Shown: positions 1 to 16,119 of the stretch, in pieces
Numbering within the stretch: position 1 is the stretch's first letter
How the letters are laid out: each line of letters starts with the position of its first letter
Assembly (NCBI GenBank): GCA_030390025.1
Contig: JASTWF010000324.1
Location: 248,001-312,000, forward strand
Source of the DNA: Squalus acanthias
Lineage: Eukaryota
Length of the DNA: 64,000 bases
Reading direction: 5' to 3'
Made by a program: the position numbers and the translations under genes
The notes under the pieces: generated by a model
The model's input: only the letters and a program-made list of their open reading frames with translations
Told to the model about the DNA's origin: nothing
Database searches by the model: none

Positions 1-3000
1 CTCTCTACTGGGGTACAGACACACATCACTCTCTGTACTGGGGTACAGTCACAGATCTCCCTCTGTACTGGGGTACATTCACAATTCACCCTCTGTACTG
101 GGGTACAGTCACACATCAATCTCTGTACTGGGGTACAATCACACATCGCCCTCTGTACTGGGGTACAGTCACACATCACTCTCTCTGCTGGGGTACATTC
201 ACATATCACCCTCTGTACTGGGTTAGAGTCACACATCACCCTCTGTACTGGGGTACAGTCACACATCACCCTCTGTACTGGGGTACAGTCACACATCACC
301 CTCTGTACTGGGTTACAGTCACACATCACTCTTTGTACTGGGGTACAGTCACACATCACCCTCTGTACTGGGGTACAATAACACTTCACCCCCTGTACTG
401 GGGAACAACAACACTTCACCCCCTGTACTGGGGTACAGTCACACACCACCCTCTGTACTGGGGTACAGTCACACATCACTCTCTGTTATAGGATACAGTC
501 ACACATCACTCTCTGTACTGCGGTACATTCACACATCCCTCTCTGTACTGGGATACAGTCACAAATCACTCTCTGTACTGGGGTACAGTCACACATCACT
601 CTCTGTACTCGGGTACAGTCACACATCACTCTCTGTACTGGGGTACAGTCACACATCGCTCTCTGTACTGTGGTACAGTCACACATCACCCTCTGTACTG
701 GGGTACAATAACACATCACTCTCTGTACTGGGGTACAATCACACCACCACCTTTACTGGGGTACAGTCACAAATCACTCTCTATTCAGGGGTACAGTCAC
801 ACATCAACCTCTGTATTGGGGTACAGTCACACATCACTCTCTGTACTGGGGTACAGTTACACAACACCCTCTGTACTGGCGTACAGTCACACATCACCCT
901 CTGTACTGGGGTACAGTCACACATCACCCTCTGCACTGGCGTACATTCACACATCACCCTCTGTACTGGGGTACAGTCACACTTCACTCTCTGTACTGGG
1001 GCACAGTCACACATCACTCTCTGTACTGGGGTACAGTCACACATCAGCCTCTGTACTGGGGTACATGCACACATCACTCTCTGTACTGTGGTACAGTCAC
1101 ACATCACTCTCTGTACTGGGGTACAGTCACACATCACCCCTGTACTGGGATATATTCACACATTTTCCTCTGCACTGGGGTACAGTCACACATCACTCTC
1201 TGTACAGGGGTACAGTCACACATCAATCTCTGTACTGCGGTACACTCACACATCACTCCCTGTACTGCGGTACAGTCACACATCACTCCCTGTATTGGGG
1301 TATAGTCACAATTCGCTCTCTGTACTGGGGTACAGTCGCACATCACCCTGTGTTTTGTGGTACAGTCACACATCACCCTCTCTACTGGGGTACAGACACA
1401 CATCACTCTCTGTACTGGGGTACAGTCACAGATCACCCTCTGTACTGGGGTACATTCACAATTCACCCTCTGTACTGGGGTACAGTCACACATCAACCTC
1501 TGTACTGTGGTACAATCACACATCACCCTCTGTACTGGGGTACAGTCACACATCACTCTCTCTGCTGGGGTACATTCACATATCACCCTCTGTATTGGGT
1601 TAGAATCACACATCACCCTCTGTACTGGGGTACTGTCACACATCACCCTCTGTACCGGGGTACAGTCACACATCACTCTCTGTACTGGGGCACAGTCACA
1701 CATCACTCTCTGTACTGGGGTACAGTCACACATCACTCTCTGTACTGGGGTACAGTCACACATCACCCCCTGTACCTGGATACATTCACACATTTTCCTC
1801 TGCACTCGGGTACAGTCACACATCACTCTCTGTACAGGGGTACAGGCACACATCACTCTTTGTACTGCGGTACAGTCACACATCACTCCCTGTATTGGGG
1901 TATAGTCACAATTCGCTCTCTGTACTGGGGTACAGTCACACATCACTCTCTGTACTGAGGTACAGTCACACATCACTCTCTGTACTGGGTTACAGTCACA
2001 CATCACTCTTTGTACTGGGGTACAGTCTCACATCACCCTCTGTACTGGGGTACAATAACACTTCACCCCCTGTACTGGTGTACAACAACACTTCACCCCC
2101 TGTACTGGGGTACAGTCACACATCACCCTCTGTACTGGGGTACAGTCACACATCACTCTCTGTACTGGGATACAGTCACAAATCACTCTCTGTACTGGGG
2201 TACAGTCACACATCACTCTCTGTACTGGTTTACAGTCACACATCACCCTCTGTACTGGGGTACAGTTACACTTCACCCCCTGTACTGGGGTACATTCACA
2301 CATCAACCTCTGTATTGGGGTACAGTCACACATCACTCTCTGTACTGGGGTACAGTTACACATCACCCTCTGTACTGGCGTACAGTCACACATCACCCTC
2401 TGTACGGGCGTACAGTCACACATCACCCTCTGTACTGGGGTACAGTCACACATCACCCTCTGTACTGGCGTACATTCACACATCACCCTCTGTACTGGGG
2501 TACAGGCACACATCACTCTCTGTACTGGGGCACAGTCACACATCACTCTCTGCACTGGGGTACAGTCACACATCATCCTCTGTACTGGGGTACATGCACA
2601 CATCACTCTCTGTACTGGGGTATAGTCACACATCACTCTCTGTACTGGGGTACAGTCACACATCACCCCCTGTACTGGGATACATTCACACATTTTCCTC
2701 TGCACTAGGGTACAGTCACACATCACTCTCTGTACAGGGGTACAGTCACACATCACTCTCTGTACTGCGGTACAGTCACACATCACTCCCTATATTGGGG
2801 TATAGTCACACATCGCTCTCTGTACTGGGGTACAGTCACAAATCACCCTCTCTACTGGGGAACAATAACACTACACCCCCTGTACTGGGGTACAGTCACA
2901 CATCACCATCTGTACTGGGGTACAGTCACACATCACTCTCTGTTATGGGATACAGTCACACATCACTCTCTGTATTGCGGTACAGTCACACATCATCCTC

Positions 3001-6000
3001 TGTACTGGGGTAGAGTCACACATCCCTCTCTGTACTGGGATACAGTCACACATCACTCTCTGTACTGCGGTACAGTCACACATCATCCTCTGTACTGCGG
3101 TACAGCCACACATCACTCTCTGTAATGGGATACAGTCACAAAGCACTCTCAGTACTGGGGTACAGTCACACATCACTCTCTGTACTGGGGTACAGTCACA
3201 CATCACTCTCTGTACTGGGGTACAGTCACACATCACCCTCTGTACTGGGGTACAGTCACACATCACTCTCTGTGCTGGGGTACAATCACACCACCCCCTT
3301 TACTGGGGTACAGTCACACATCACTCTCTATACAAGGGTACAGTCACACATCACCCTCTGTAGTGGGGTACAGTCACACATCACCCTCTGTACTGGGGTA
3401 CAGTCACACATCACTCTCTGTACTGGGGTACAATCACACCACGCCCTTTACTGGGGTACAGTCACACATCACTCTCTATACAGGGGTACAGTCACACATC
3501 ACCCTCTGTACTGGGGTACAGTCACACCTCACCCTCTGTACTGGGGTACAGTCACACATCACCCTTTGTACTGGGGTACAATCACACATCACCCTCTGTA
3601 CTGGGGTACAGTCACACATCACTCTCTCTGCTGGGGTACAGTCACACATCACCCTCTGTACTGGGTTAGAGTCACACATCACCCTCTGTACCGGGGTACA
3701 GTCACACATCACTCTCTGTACTGGGTTACAGTCACACATCACTCTTTGTACTGGGGTACAGTCTCACATCACCCTCTGTACTGGGTTACAATAACACTTC
3801 ACCCCCTGTACTGGGGTACAACAACACTTCACCCCCTGTACTGGGGTACAGTCACACATCACCCTCTGTACTGGGTTAGAGTCACACATCACCCTCTGTA
3901 CCGGGGTACAGTCACACATCACTCTCTGTACTGGGTTACAGTCACACATCACTCTTTGTACTGGGGTACAGTCTCACATCACCCTCTGTACTGGGTTACA
4001 ATAACACTTCACCCCCTGTACTGGGGTACAACAACACTTCACCCCCTGTACTGGGGTACAGTCACACATCACCCTCTGTACTGGGGTACAGTCACACATC
4101 ACTCTCTGTTATGGGATACAGTCACACATCACTCTCTGTACTGCGGTACATTCACACATCCCTCTCTGTACTGGGATACAGTCACAAATCACTCTCTGTA
4201 CTGGGGTACAGTCACACATCACTCTCTGTACTGGTTTACAGTCACACATCACCCTCTGTACTAGGGTACAGTTACACTTCACCCCCTGTACTGGGGTACA
4301 TTCGCACATCAACCTCTGTATTGGGGTACAGTCACACATCACTCTCTGTACTGGGGTACAGTCACACATCATCCTCTGTACTGCGGTACAGCCACACATC
4401 ACTCTCTGTAATGGGATACAGTCACAAAGCACTCTCAGTACTGGGGTACAGTCACACATCACTCTCTGTACTGGGGTACAGTCACACATCACTCTCTGTA
4501 CTGGGGTACAGTCACACATCACCCTCTGTACTGGGGTACAGTCACACATCACTCTCTGTGCTGGGGTACAATCACACCACCCCCTTTACTGGGGTACAGT
4601 CACACATCACTCTCTATACAAGGGTACAGTCACACATCACCCTCTGTAGTGGGGTACAGTCACACATCACCCTCTGTACTGGGGTACAGTCACACATCAC
4701 TCTCTGTACTGGGGTACAATCACACCACGCCCTTTACTGGGGTACAGTCACACATCACTCTCTATACAGGGGTACAGTCACACATCACCCTCTGTACTGG
4801 GATACAGTCACACCTCACCCTCTGTACTGGGGTACAGTCACACATCACCCTTTGTACTGGGGTACAATCACACATCACCCTCTGTACTGGGGTACAGTCA
4901 CACATCACTCTCTCTGCTGGGGTACAGTCACACATCACCCTCTGTACTGGGTTAGAGTCACACATCACCCTCTGTACCGGGGTACAGTCACACATCACTC
5001 TCTGTACTGGGTTACAGTCACACATCACTCTTTGTACTGGGGTACAGTCTCACATCACCCTCTGTACTGGGTTACAATAACACTTCACCCCCTGTACTGG
5101 GGTACAACAACACTTCACCCCCTGTACTGGGGTACAGTCACACATCACCCTCTGTACTGGGGTACAGTCACACATCACTCTCTGTTATGGGATACAGTCA
5201 CACATCACTCTCTGTACTGCGGTACATTCACACATCCCTCTCTGTATTGGGATACAGTCACACATCACCCTCTGTACTGGGGTACAGTTACACTTCACCC
5301 CCTGTACTGGGGTACATTCGCACATCAAACTCTGTATTGGGGTACAGTTTCACATCACCCTCTGTACTGGCGTACAGTCACACATCACCCTCTGTACGGG
5401 CGTACAGTCACACATCACCCTCTGTACTGGGGTACAGTCACACATCACCCTCTTTACTGGCGTACATTCACACATCACCCTCTGTACTGGGGTACAGGCA
5501 CACATCACTCTCTGTACTGGGGCACAGTCACACATCACTCTCTGTACTGGGGTACAGTCACACATCATCCTCTGTACTGGGGTACATGCACACATCACTC
5601 TCTGTACTGGGGTACAGTCACACATCACTCCCTATATTGGGGTATAGTCACACATCGCTCTCTGTACTGGGGTACAGTCACACATCACCCTCTCTACTGG
5701 GGAACAATAACACTACACCCCCTGTACTGGGGTACAGTCACACATCACCCTCTGTACTGGGGTACAGTCACACATCACTCTCTGTTATGGGATACAGTCA
5801 CACATCACTCTCTGTATTGCGGTACAGTCACGCATCATCCTCTGTACTGGGGTAGAGTCACACATCCCTCTCTGTACTGGGATACAGTCACACATCACTC
5901 TCTGTACTGGGGTACAGTCACACATCACTCTCTGTAATGGGATACAGTCACAAAGCACTCTCAGTACTGGGGTACAGTCACACATCACTCTCTGTACTGG

Positions 6001-9000
6001 GGTACAGTCACACATCACTCTCTGTACTGGGGTACAGTCACACATCACTCTCAGTACTGTGGTACAGTCACACATCACCCTCTGTACTGGGGTACAGTCA
6101 CACATCATCCTCTGTTATGGGATACAGTCACACATCACTCTCTGTATTGAGGTATAGTCACACATCCCTCTCTGTACTGGGATACAGTCACACATCATCC
6201 TCTGTACTGCGGTACAGTCACACATCATCCTCTGTACTGCGGTACAGTCACACATCACTCTCTGTAATGGGATACAGTCACAAAGCACTCTCAGTACTGC
6301 GGTACAGTCACACATCACCCTCTGTACTGGGGTACAGTCACACATCACTCTCTGTACTGGGGTACAGTCACACATCACTCTCAGTACTGTGGTACAGTCA
6401 CACATCACCCTCTGTACTGGGGTACAATAACACTTCACCCCCTGTACTGGGGTGCAGTCACACATCACCCTCTGTACTGGGGTACAGTCACACATCACTC
6501 TCTGTGCTGGGGTACAATCACACCACCCCCTTTACTGGGGTACAGTCACACATCACTCTCTATACAGGGGTACAGTCACACATCACCCTCTGTAGTGGGG
6601 TACAGTCACACATCACCCTCTGTACTGGGGTACAGTCACACATCACTCTCTGTACTGGGGTACAATCACACCACGCCCTTTACTGGGGTACAGTCACACA
6701 TCACTCTCTATACAGGGGTACATTCACACATCACCCTCTGTACTGGGGTACAGTCACACCTCACCCTCTGTACTGGGGTACAGTCACACATCACCCTATG
6801 TACTGGGGTACAGTCACACATCAGCCTCTGTACTGGGGTACATGCACACATCACTCTCTGTACTGGGGTACAGTCACACATCACTCTCTGTACTGGGGTA
6901 CAGTCACACATCACCCCCTGTACTGGGATATATTCACACATTTTCCTCTGCACTGGGGTACAGTCACACATCACTCTCTGTACAGGGGTACATTCTCACA
7001 TCAATCTCTGTACTGCGGCACACTCACACATCACTCCCTGTACTGCGGTACAGTCATACATCACTCCCTGTATTGGGGTATAGTCACAATTCGCTCTCTG
7101 TACTGGGGTACAGTCGCACATCACCCTCTGTTTTGTGGTACAGTCACACATCACCCTCTCTACTGGGGTACAGACACACATCACTCTGTGTACTGGGGTA
7201 CAGTCACAGATCACCCTCTGTACTGGGGTACATTCACAATTCACCCTCTGTACTGGGGTACAGTCAAACATCAACCTCTGTACTGGGGTACAATCACACA
7301 TCACCCTCTGTACTGGGGTACAGTCACACATCACCCTCTGTACTGGGGTACAGTCACACATCACCCTCTGTACCGGGGTACAGTCACACATCACCCTCTG
7401 TACTGGGTTACAGTCACACATCACTCTTTGTACTGGGGTACAGTCACACATCACCCTCTGTACTGGGGTACAATAACACTTCATCCCCTGTACTGGGGAA
7501 CAACAACACTTCACCCCCTGTACTGGGGTACAGTCACACATCACCCTCTGTACTGGGGTACAGTCACACATCACTCTCTGTTATGGGATACAGTCACACA
7601 TCACTCTCTGTACTGCGGTACAGTCACACATCATCCTCTGTACTGCGGTACAGTCACACATCACTCTCTGTAATGGGATACAGTCACAAAGCACTCTCTG
7701 TACTGGGGTAGAGTCACACATCCCTCTCTGTTCTGGGATACAGTCACACATCACTCTCTGTACTGCGGTACAGTCACACATCATCCTCTGTACTGCGGTA
7801 CAGTCACACATCACTCTCTGTAATGGGATACAGTCACAAAGCACTCTCAGTACTGCGGTACAGTCACACATCACTCTCTGTACTCGGGTACAGTCACACA
7901 TCACTCTCTGTACTGGGGTACAGTCACACATCACACTCAGTACTGTGGTACAGTCACACATCACTCTCTGTGCTGGGGTACAATCACACCACCCCCTTTA
8001 CTGGGGTACAGTCACACATCACTCTCTATACAGGGGTACAGTCACACATCACCCTCTGTAGTGGGGTACAGTCACACATCACCCTCTGTACTGGGGTACA
8101 GTCACACATCACTCTCTGTACTGGGGTACAATCACACCACGCCCTTTACTGGGGTACAGTCACACATCACTCTCTATACAGGGGTACATTCACACATCAC
8201 CCTCTGTACTGGGGTACAGTCACACCTCACCCTCTGTACTGGGGTACAGTCACACATCACCCTATGTACTGGGGTACAGTCACACATCAGCCTCTGTACT
8301 GGGGTACATGCACACATCACTCTCTGTACTGGGGTACAATCACACATCACTCTCTGTACTGGGGTACAGTCACACATCACCCCCTGTACTGGGATATATT
8401 CACACATTTTCCTCTGCACTGGGGTACAGTCACACATCACTCTCTGTACAGGGGTACATTCTCACATCAATCTCTGTACTGCGGCACACTCACACATCAC
8501 TCCCTGTACTGCGGTACAGTCGCACATCACCCTCTGTTTTGTGGTACAGTCACACATCACCCTCTCTACTGGGGTACAGACACACATCACTCTGTGTACT
8601 GGGGTACAGTCACAGATCACCCTCTGTACTGGGGTACATTCACAATTCACCCTCTGTACTGGGGTACAGTCACACATCAACCTCTGTACTGGGGTACAAT
8701 CACACATCACCCTCTGTACTGGGGTACAGTCACACATCACCCTCTGTACTGGGGTACAGTCACACATCACCCTCTGTACCGGGGTACAGTCACACATCAC
8801 CCTCTGTACTGGGTTACAGTCACACATCACTCTTTGTACTGGGGTACAGTCACACATCACCCTCTGTACTGGGGTACAATAACACTTCATCCCCTGTACT
8901 GGGGAACAACAACACTTCACCCCCTGTACTGGGGTACAGTCACACATCACCCTCTGTACTGGGGTACAGTCACACATCACTCTCTGTTATGGGATACAGT

Positions 9001-12000
9001 CACAAATCACTCTCTGTACTAGGGTACAGTCACACATCACTCTCTGTACTCGGGTACAGTCACACATCACTCTCTGTACTGGGATATAGTCACACATCGC
9101 TCTATGTACTGGGGTACAGTCACACATCACCCTCTGTACTGGGGTACAATAACACTTCACCCCCTGTACTGGGGTACAGTCACACATCACCCTCTCTACT
9201 GGGGTACAGTCACACATCACTCTCTGTACTGGGGTACAATCACACCACCCCCTTTACTTGGGTACAGTCACACATCACTCTCTGTACTGGGTTACAGTCA
9301 CACATCACCCTCTGTACTGGGGTACATTCACACTTCACCCCATGTACTGGGGTACATTCACACATCAACCTCTGTATTGGGGTACAGTCACACATCACTC
9401 TCTGTACTGGGGTACAGTTACACAACACCCTCTGTACTGGCGTACAGTCACACATCACCCTCTGTACTGGGGTACAGTCACACATCACCCTCTGCACTGG
9501 CGTACATTCACACATCACCCTCTGTACTGGGGTACAGTCACACATCACTCTCTGTACTGGGGCACAGTCACACATCACTCTCTGTACTGGGGTACAGTCA
9601 CACATCAGCCTCTGTACTGGGGTACATGCACACATCACTCTCTGTACTGGGGTACAGTCACACATCACTCTCTGTACTGGGGTACAGTCACACATCAATC
9701 TCTGTACTGGGATATATTCACACATTTTCCTCTGCACTGGGGTACAGTCACACATCACTCTCTGTACAGGGGTACAGTCACACATCAATCTCTGTACTGC
9801 GGTACACTCACACATCACTCCCTGTACTGCGGTACAGTCACACATCACTCCCTGTATTGGGGTATAGTCACAATTCGCTCTCTGTACTGGGGTACAGTCG
9901 CACATCACCCTCTGTTTTGTGGTACAGTCACACATCACCCTCTCTACTGGGGTACAGACACACATCACTCTCTGTACTGGGGTACAGTCACAGATCACCC
10001 TCTGTACTGGGGTACATTCACAATTCACCCTCTGTACTGGGGTCCAGTCACACATCAACCTCTGTACTGGGGTACAATCACACATCACCCTCTGTACTGG
10101 GGTACAGTCACACATCACTCTCTCTGCTGGGGTACATTCACATATCACCCTCTGTACTGGGTTAGAATCACACATCACCCTCTGTACTGGGGTACTGTCA
10201 CACATCACCCTCTGTACCGGGGTACAGTCACACATCACTCTCTGTACTGGGGCACAGTCACACATCACTCTCTGTACTGGGGTACAGTCACAAATCACCC
10301 CCTGTACCTGGATACATTCACACATTTTCCTCTGCACTGGGGTACAGTCACACATCACTCTCTGTACTGGGGTACAGTCACAGATCACCCTCTGTACTGG
10401 GGTACATTCACAATTCACCCTCTGTACTGGTGTACAGTCACACATCAACCTCTGTACTGGGGTACAATCACACATCACCCTCTGTACTGGGGTACAGTCA
10501 CACATCACTCTCTCTGCTGGGGTACATTCACATATCACCCTCTGTACTGGGTTAGAGCCACACATCACCCTCTGTACTGGGGTACAGTCACACATCACCC
10601 TCTGTACTGGGGTACAGTCACACATCACCCTCTGTACTGGGTTACAGTCACACATCACTCTTTGTACTGGGGTACAGTCACACATCACCCTCTGTACTGG
10701 GGTACAGTCACACATCACTCTCTGTACTGGGGTACAATCACACCACGCCCTTTACTGGGGTACAGTCACACATCACTCTCTATACAGGGGTACAGTCACA
10801 CATCACCCTCTGTACTGGGGTACAGTCACACCTCACCCTCTGTACTGGGGTACAGTCACACATCACCCTATGTACTGGGGTACATGCACACATCACTCTC
10901 TGTACTGGGGTACAGTCACACATCACTCTCTGTACTGGGGTACAGTCACACATCACCCCCTGTACTGGGATGTATTCACACATTTTCCTCTGCACTGGGG
11001 TACAGTCACACATCACTCTCTGTACAGGGGTACAGTCACACATCAATCTCTGTACTGCGGTACACTCACAGATCACTCCCTGTACTGCGGTACAGTCACA
11101 CATCACTCCCTGTATTGGGGTATAGTCACAATTCGCTCTCTGTACTGGGGTACAGTCACACATCACCCTCTGTTTTGTGGTACAGTCACACATCACCCTC
11201 TCTACTGGGGTACTGTCACACATCACTCTCTGTACTGGGGTACAGTCACAGATCACCCTCTGTACTGGGGTACATTCACAATTCACCCTCTGTACTGGGG
11301 TACAATCACACATCACCCTCTGTACTGGGGTACTGTCACACATCACTCTCTCTGCTGGGGTACAGTCACACATCACCCTCTGTGCTGGGGTACAGTCACA
11401 CATCACTCTCTGTACTGGGGTACAATCACACATCACTCTCTGTACTGGGGCACAGTCACACATCACTCTCTGTACTGGGGTACAGTCACAAATCAGCCTC
11501 TGTACTGGGGTACATGCACACATCACTCTCTGTACTGGGGTACAGTCACACATCACTGTCTGTACTGGGGTACAGTCACACATCACCCCCTGTACCTGGA
11601 TACATTCACACATTTTCCTCTGCACTGGGGTACAGTCACACATCACTCTCTGTACAGGGGTACAGGCACACATCACTCTCTGTACTGCGGTACAGTCACA
11701 CATCACTCCCTGTATTGGGGTATAGTCACAATTCGCTCTCTGTACTGGGTTACAGTCGCACATCACCCTCTGTTTTGGGGTACAGTCACACATCACCCTC
11801 TCTACTGGGGTACAGTCACACATCACTCTCTGTACTGGGGTACAGTCACACATCAACCTCTGTACTGGGGTACAATCACACATCACCCTCTGTACTGGGG
11901 TACAGTCACACATCACTCTCTCTGCTGGGGTACATTCACATATCACCCTCTGTACTGGGTTAGAGTCACACATCACCCTCTGTACTGGGGTACAGTCACA

Positions 12001-15000
12001 CATCACCCTCTGTACTGGGTTACAGTCACACATCACTCTTTGTACTGGGGTACAGTCACACATCACCCTCTGTACTGGGGTACAATAACACTTCACCCTC
12101 TGTACTGGGGTACAACAACACTTCACCCCCTGTACTGGGGTACAGTCACACATCACCCTCTGTACTGGGGTACAGTCACACATCACTCTCTGTTATGGGA
12201 TGCAGTCACACATCACTCTCTGTACTGCGGTACATTCACACATCCCTCTCTGTACTGGGATACAGTCACAAATCACTCTCTGTACTGGGGTACAGTCACA
12301 CATCACTCTCTGTACTGGTTTACAGTCACACATCACCCTCTGTACTGGGGTACATTCGCACATCAACCTCTGTATTGGGGTACAGTCACACATCACTCTC
12401 TGTACTGGGGTACAGTCACACATCACCCTCTGTACTGGGGTACAGTCACACATCACCCTCTTTACTGGCGTATATTCACATATCACCCTCTGTACTGGGG
12501 TACAGGCACACATCACTCTCTGTACTGGGGCACAGTCACACATCACTCTCTGCACTGGGGTACAGTCACACATCAACCTCTGTACTGGGGTACATGCACA
12601 CATCACTCTCTGTACTGCGGTACAGTCACACATCACTCTCTGTAATGGGATACAGTCACACATCACTCTCTGTACTGGGGTACAGTCACACATCACTCTC
12701 TGTACTGTGGTACAGTCACACATCACCCTCTGTACTGGGGTACATTAACACTTCACCCCCTGTACTGGGGTACAGTCACACATCACCCTCTGTACTGGGG
12801 TACAGTCACACATCACTCTCTGTGCTGGGGTACAATCACACCACCCCCTTTACTGGGGTACAGTCACACATCACTCTCTATACAGGGGTACAGTCACACA
12901 TCACCCTCTGTACTGGGGTACAGTCACACATCACCCTCTGTACTGGGGTACAGTCACACATCACTCTCTGTACTGGGGTACAATCACACCACGCCCTTTA
13001 CTGGGGTACAGTCACACATCACTCTCTATACAGGGGTACAGTCACACATCACCCTCTGTACTGGGGTACAGTCACACCTCACCCTCTGTACTGGGGTACA
13101 GTCACACATCACCCTATGTACTGGGGTACAGTCAAACATCACCCTCTGTACAGGGGTACAGTCATACATCACTCTCTCTGCTGGGGTACAGTCACACATC
13201 CCCCGCTCTACTGGGGTACAGTCACACTTCAACCTCTGTACTGGGTTACAGTCACACTTCACCCCCTGTACTGGGGTACAGTCACACATCATCCTCTGTA
13301 CTGGGGTACAGTCACACATCACTCTCTGTACTGGGATACAGTCACACATCAAACTCTGTACTGCGGTACAGGCACACATCACTCTCTGTAGTGGGGTACA
13401 GTCACACATCACCCTCTGTACTGGAGTACAATCACACATCACCCTCTGTACTGGGGTACAGTCACACATCACTCTCTGCACTGGGATACTGTCACACATC
13501 ACTCTCTGTACTGGGGTACAGTCACACATCACTCTCTGTACTGGGGTACAGTCACAAATCACTCTCTGTACTGGGGTACAGTCACGCATCACCCTCTGTA
13601 CTGGGGTACAGTCACACATCACTCTCTGTACTGGGGTACAGTCACACATCACTCTCTGTACTGGGGTACAGTCACAAATCACTCTCTGTACTGGGGTACA
13701 GTCACGCATCACCCTCTGTACTGGTGTACAGTCACACATCAAACTCTGTACTGCGGTACAGGCACACATCACTCTCTGTAGTGGGGTACAGTCATACATC
13801 ACACTATGTACTGGGTTACAGTCACACATCACTCTCTGTACTGGGGTACAGTCACACATCACTCTCTGTACTGGGGTACAGTCACAAATCACTCTCTGTA
13901 CTGGGGTACAGTCACGCATCACCCTCTGTACTGGGGTACAGTCACAAATCACTCTCTGTACTGGGGTACAGTCACGCATCACCCTCTGTACTGCGGTACA
14001 GTCACACATCACTCTCTGTAGTGGGGTACAGTCATACATCACACTATGTACTGGGTCACAGTCACACATCACCCTCTGTACTGGGATACTGTCACACATC
14101 ACTCTCTGTACTGGGATACAGTCACACATCACTCTCTGTACTGGGGTACAGTCACACATCACCCTCTGTACTGGGGTACAGTCACAGATCACCCTCTGTA
14201 CTGGGGTACAGTCACACATCACCCTCTGGAGCGGGGTACAGTCACACATCACCCTCTTTACTGGGGTACAGTCACACATCACTCTCTGTACTGGGATACA
14301 GTCACACATCACACTCTGTACTGGGCTACAGTCACCCAGCACACTATTTTTTGGGGTACATTCACACATCACTCTTTGTACTGGGGTACAGTCACACATC
14401 ACCCTCTGTGCTGGGGTACAGTCACACTTCACCCCCTGTACTGGGGTACAGTCACACGTCTCTCTCTGTACTGGGGTACAATCACACATCACCCCCTTTA
14501 CTGGGGTACATTCACACATCATTCTGTCTGCTGGGGTACAATTACACATCTCCCTCTGTACTGGGGTACAGTCACACTTCACCCTCTGTACTGGGGTACA
14601 GTCACACATCACCCTCTGTACTGGCGTACAGTCACACATCACCCTCTGTAGTGGGGTACAGTCACACATCACTCTCTGTACTGGGGCACAGTCACGCGTC
14701 TCTCTCTGTACTGGGGTACAGTCACATATCATCCTCTGTACTGGGGTAGATGCACACATCACTCTCTGTACTGGGGTTCAGTCACACATCACTCTCTGTA
14801 CTGGGGAACAGTCGCACATCACTCTCTGTACTGGGGAACAGTCGCACATCACTCTCTGTACTGCGGCACACTTACACATCACTCCCTGTGCTGGGGTACA
14901 GTCACACATCAGTCTCTGTACTGCGGTACTGTCAAACATCACTCCCTGTATTGGGGTATAGTCACACATCGCTCTCTGTACTGGGGTACATTCGCACATC

Positions 15001-16113
15001 ACCCTCTGTTTTGGGGTACAGTCACACATCACCCTATCTACTGGGGTACAGTCATACATCACCCTCTGTACTGGGGTACAGACACACATCACTCTCTGTA
15101 CTGGGGTAGATTCACACTTCAACCTCTGTACTGGGCTACAGTCACACATCACTCTCAGTACTGGGGAACAGTCACACATCACTCTCTGTACTGGGGTACT
15201 GTCACACATCACTCGCTGTACTGGGGTACAGTCACACATCACTCTCTGTACTGGGTTACAGTCACACATCACCCTATGTACTGGGGTTCAGTCACACATC
15301 ACTCTCTGTACTGGGGTACTGTCACACACAATCTCTGTACTGGGGTACAGTCACACATCACTCTCTGTACTTGGGTACAGTCACACATCACCCTCTGTAC
15401 TTGGGTACATTCACACATCATTCTCTGTACTGGGGTACAGTCACACATCACCCTCTGTACTGGGGTACAGTCACACATCACTCTCTGTACTGTCTTACAG
15501 TCACACATCACCCTCTGTACTGGGGTACAGTCACACATCACCCTCTGTACTGGGGTACAGTCACACATCACTCTCTGTACTGGGGTACAGTCACACATCA
15601 CCCTCTGTACTGGGGTACAGTCACACATCACCCTCTGTACTGGGGTACAGTCACACATCACCCTCTGTTTTGGGGTACAGTCACCCATCACTCTCTGTAC
15701 TGGGGAACAGTCACACATCACTCTCTGTACTTGGGTACAGTCACACATCACCCTCTGTACTGGGGTACAGTCACACATCACTCTCTGTACTGGGGCACAG
15801 TCACACATCACTCTCTGCACTGGGGTACAGTCACACATCACCCTCTGTACTTGGGTACAGTCACACATCACCCTCTGTACTGGGGTACAGTCACACATCA
15901 CTCTCTGTACTGGGTTACAGTCACATATCACCCTATGCACTGGGGTACAGTCACACATCACCCCCTGTACTGGGGTACAGTCACACATCACTCTCTGTAC
16001 TGGGTTACAGTCACACATCACTCTCTGTACTGTGGTACAGTCGCACATCACCCTCTGTCCTGGGGTATAGTCACACATCACTTTCTGTACTGGGGTACAG
16101 TCACACATCACCC
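1..16113. repeat. 30-bp tandem satellite (consensus CACACATCACYCTCTGTACTGGGGTACAGT), runs off the left edge
   Basis: Over 500 diverged copies, with occasional 28-bp variants (…CACCACGCCCTTTACTGGGG…). It ends abruptly at about 16113, where L2 sequence starts. The 10-aa periodic ORFs in several frames simply reflect the 30-bp unit. Confidence 0.98.
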
Positions 16114-16119
16114 TGTTGT

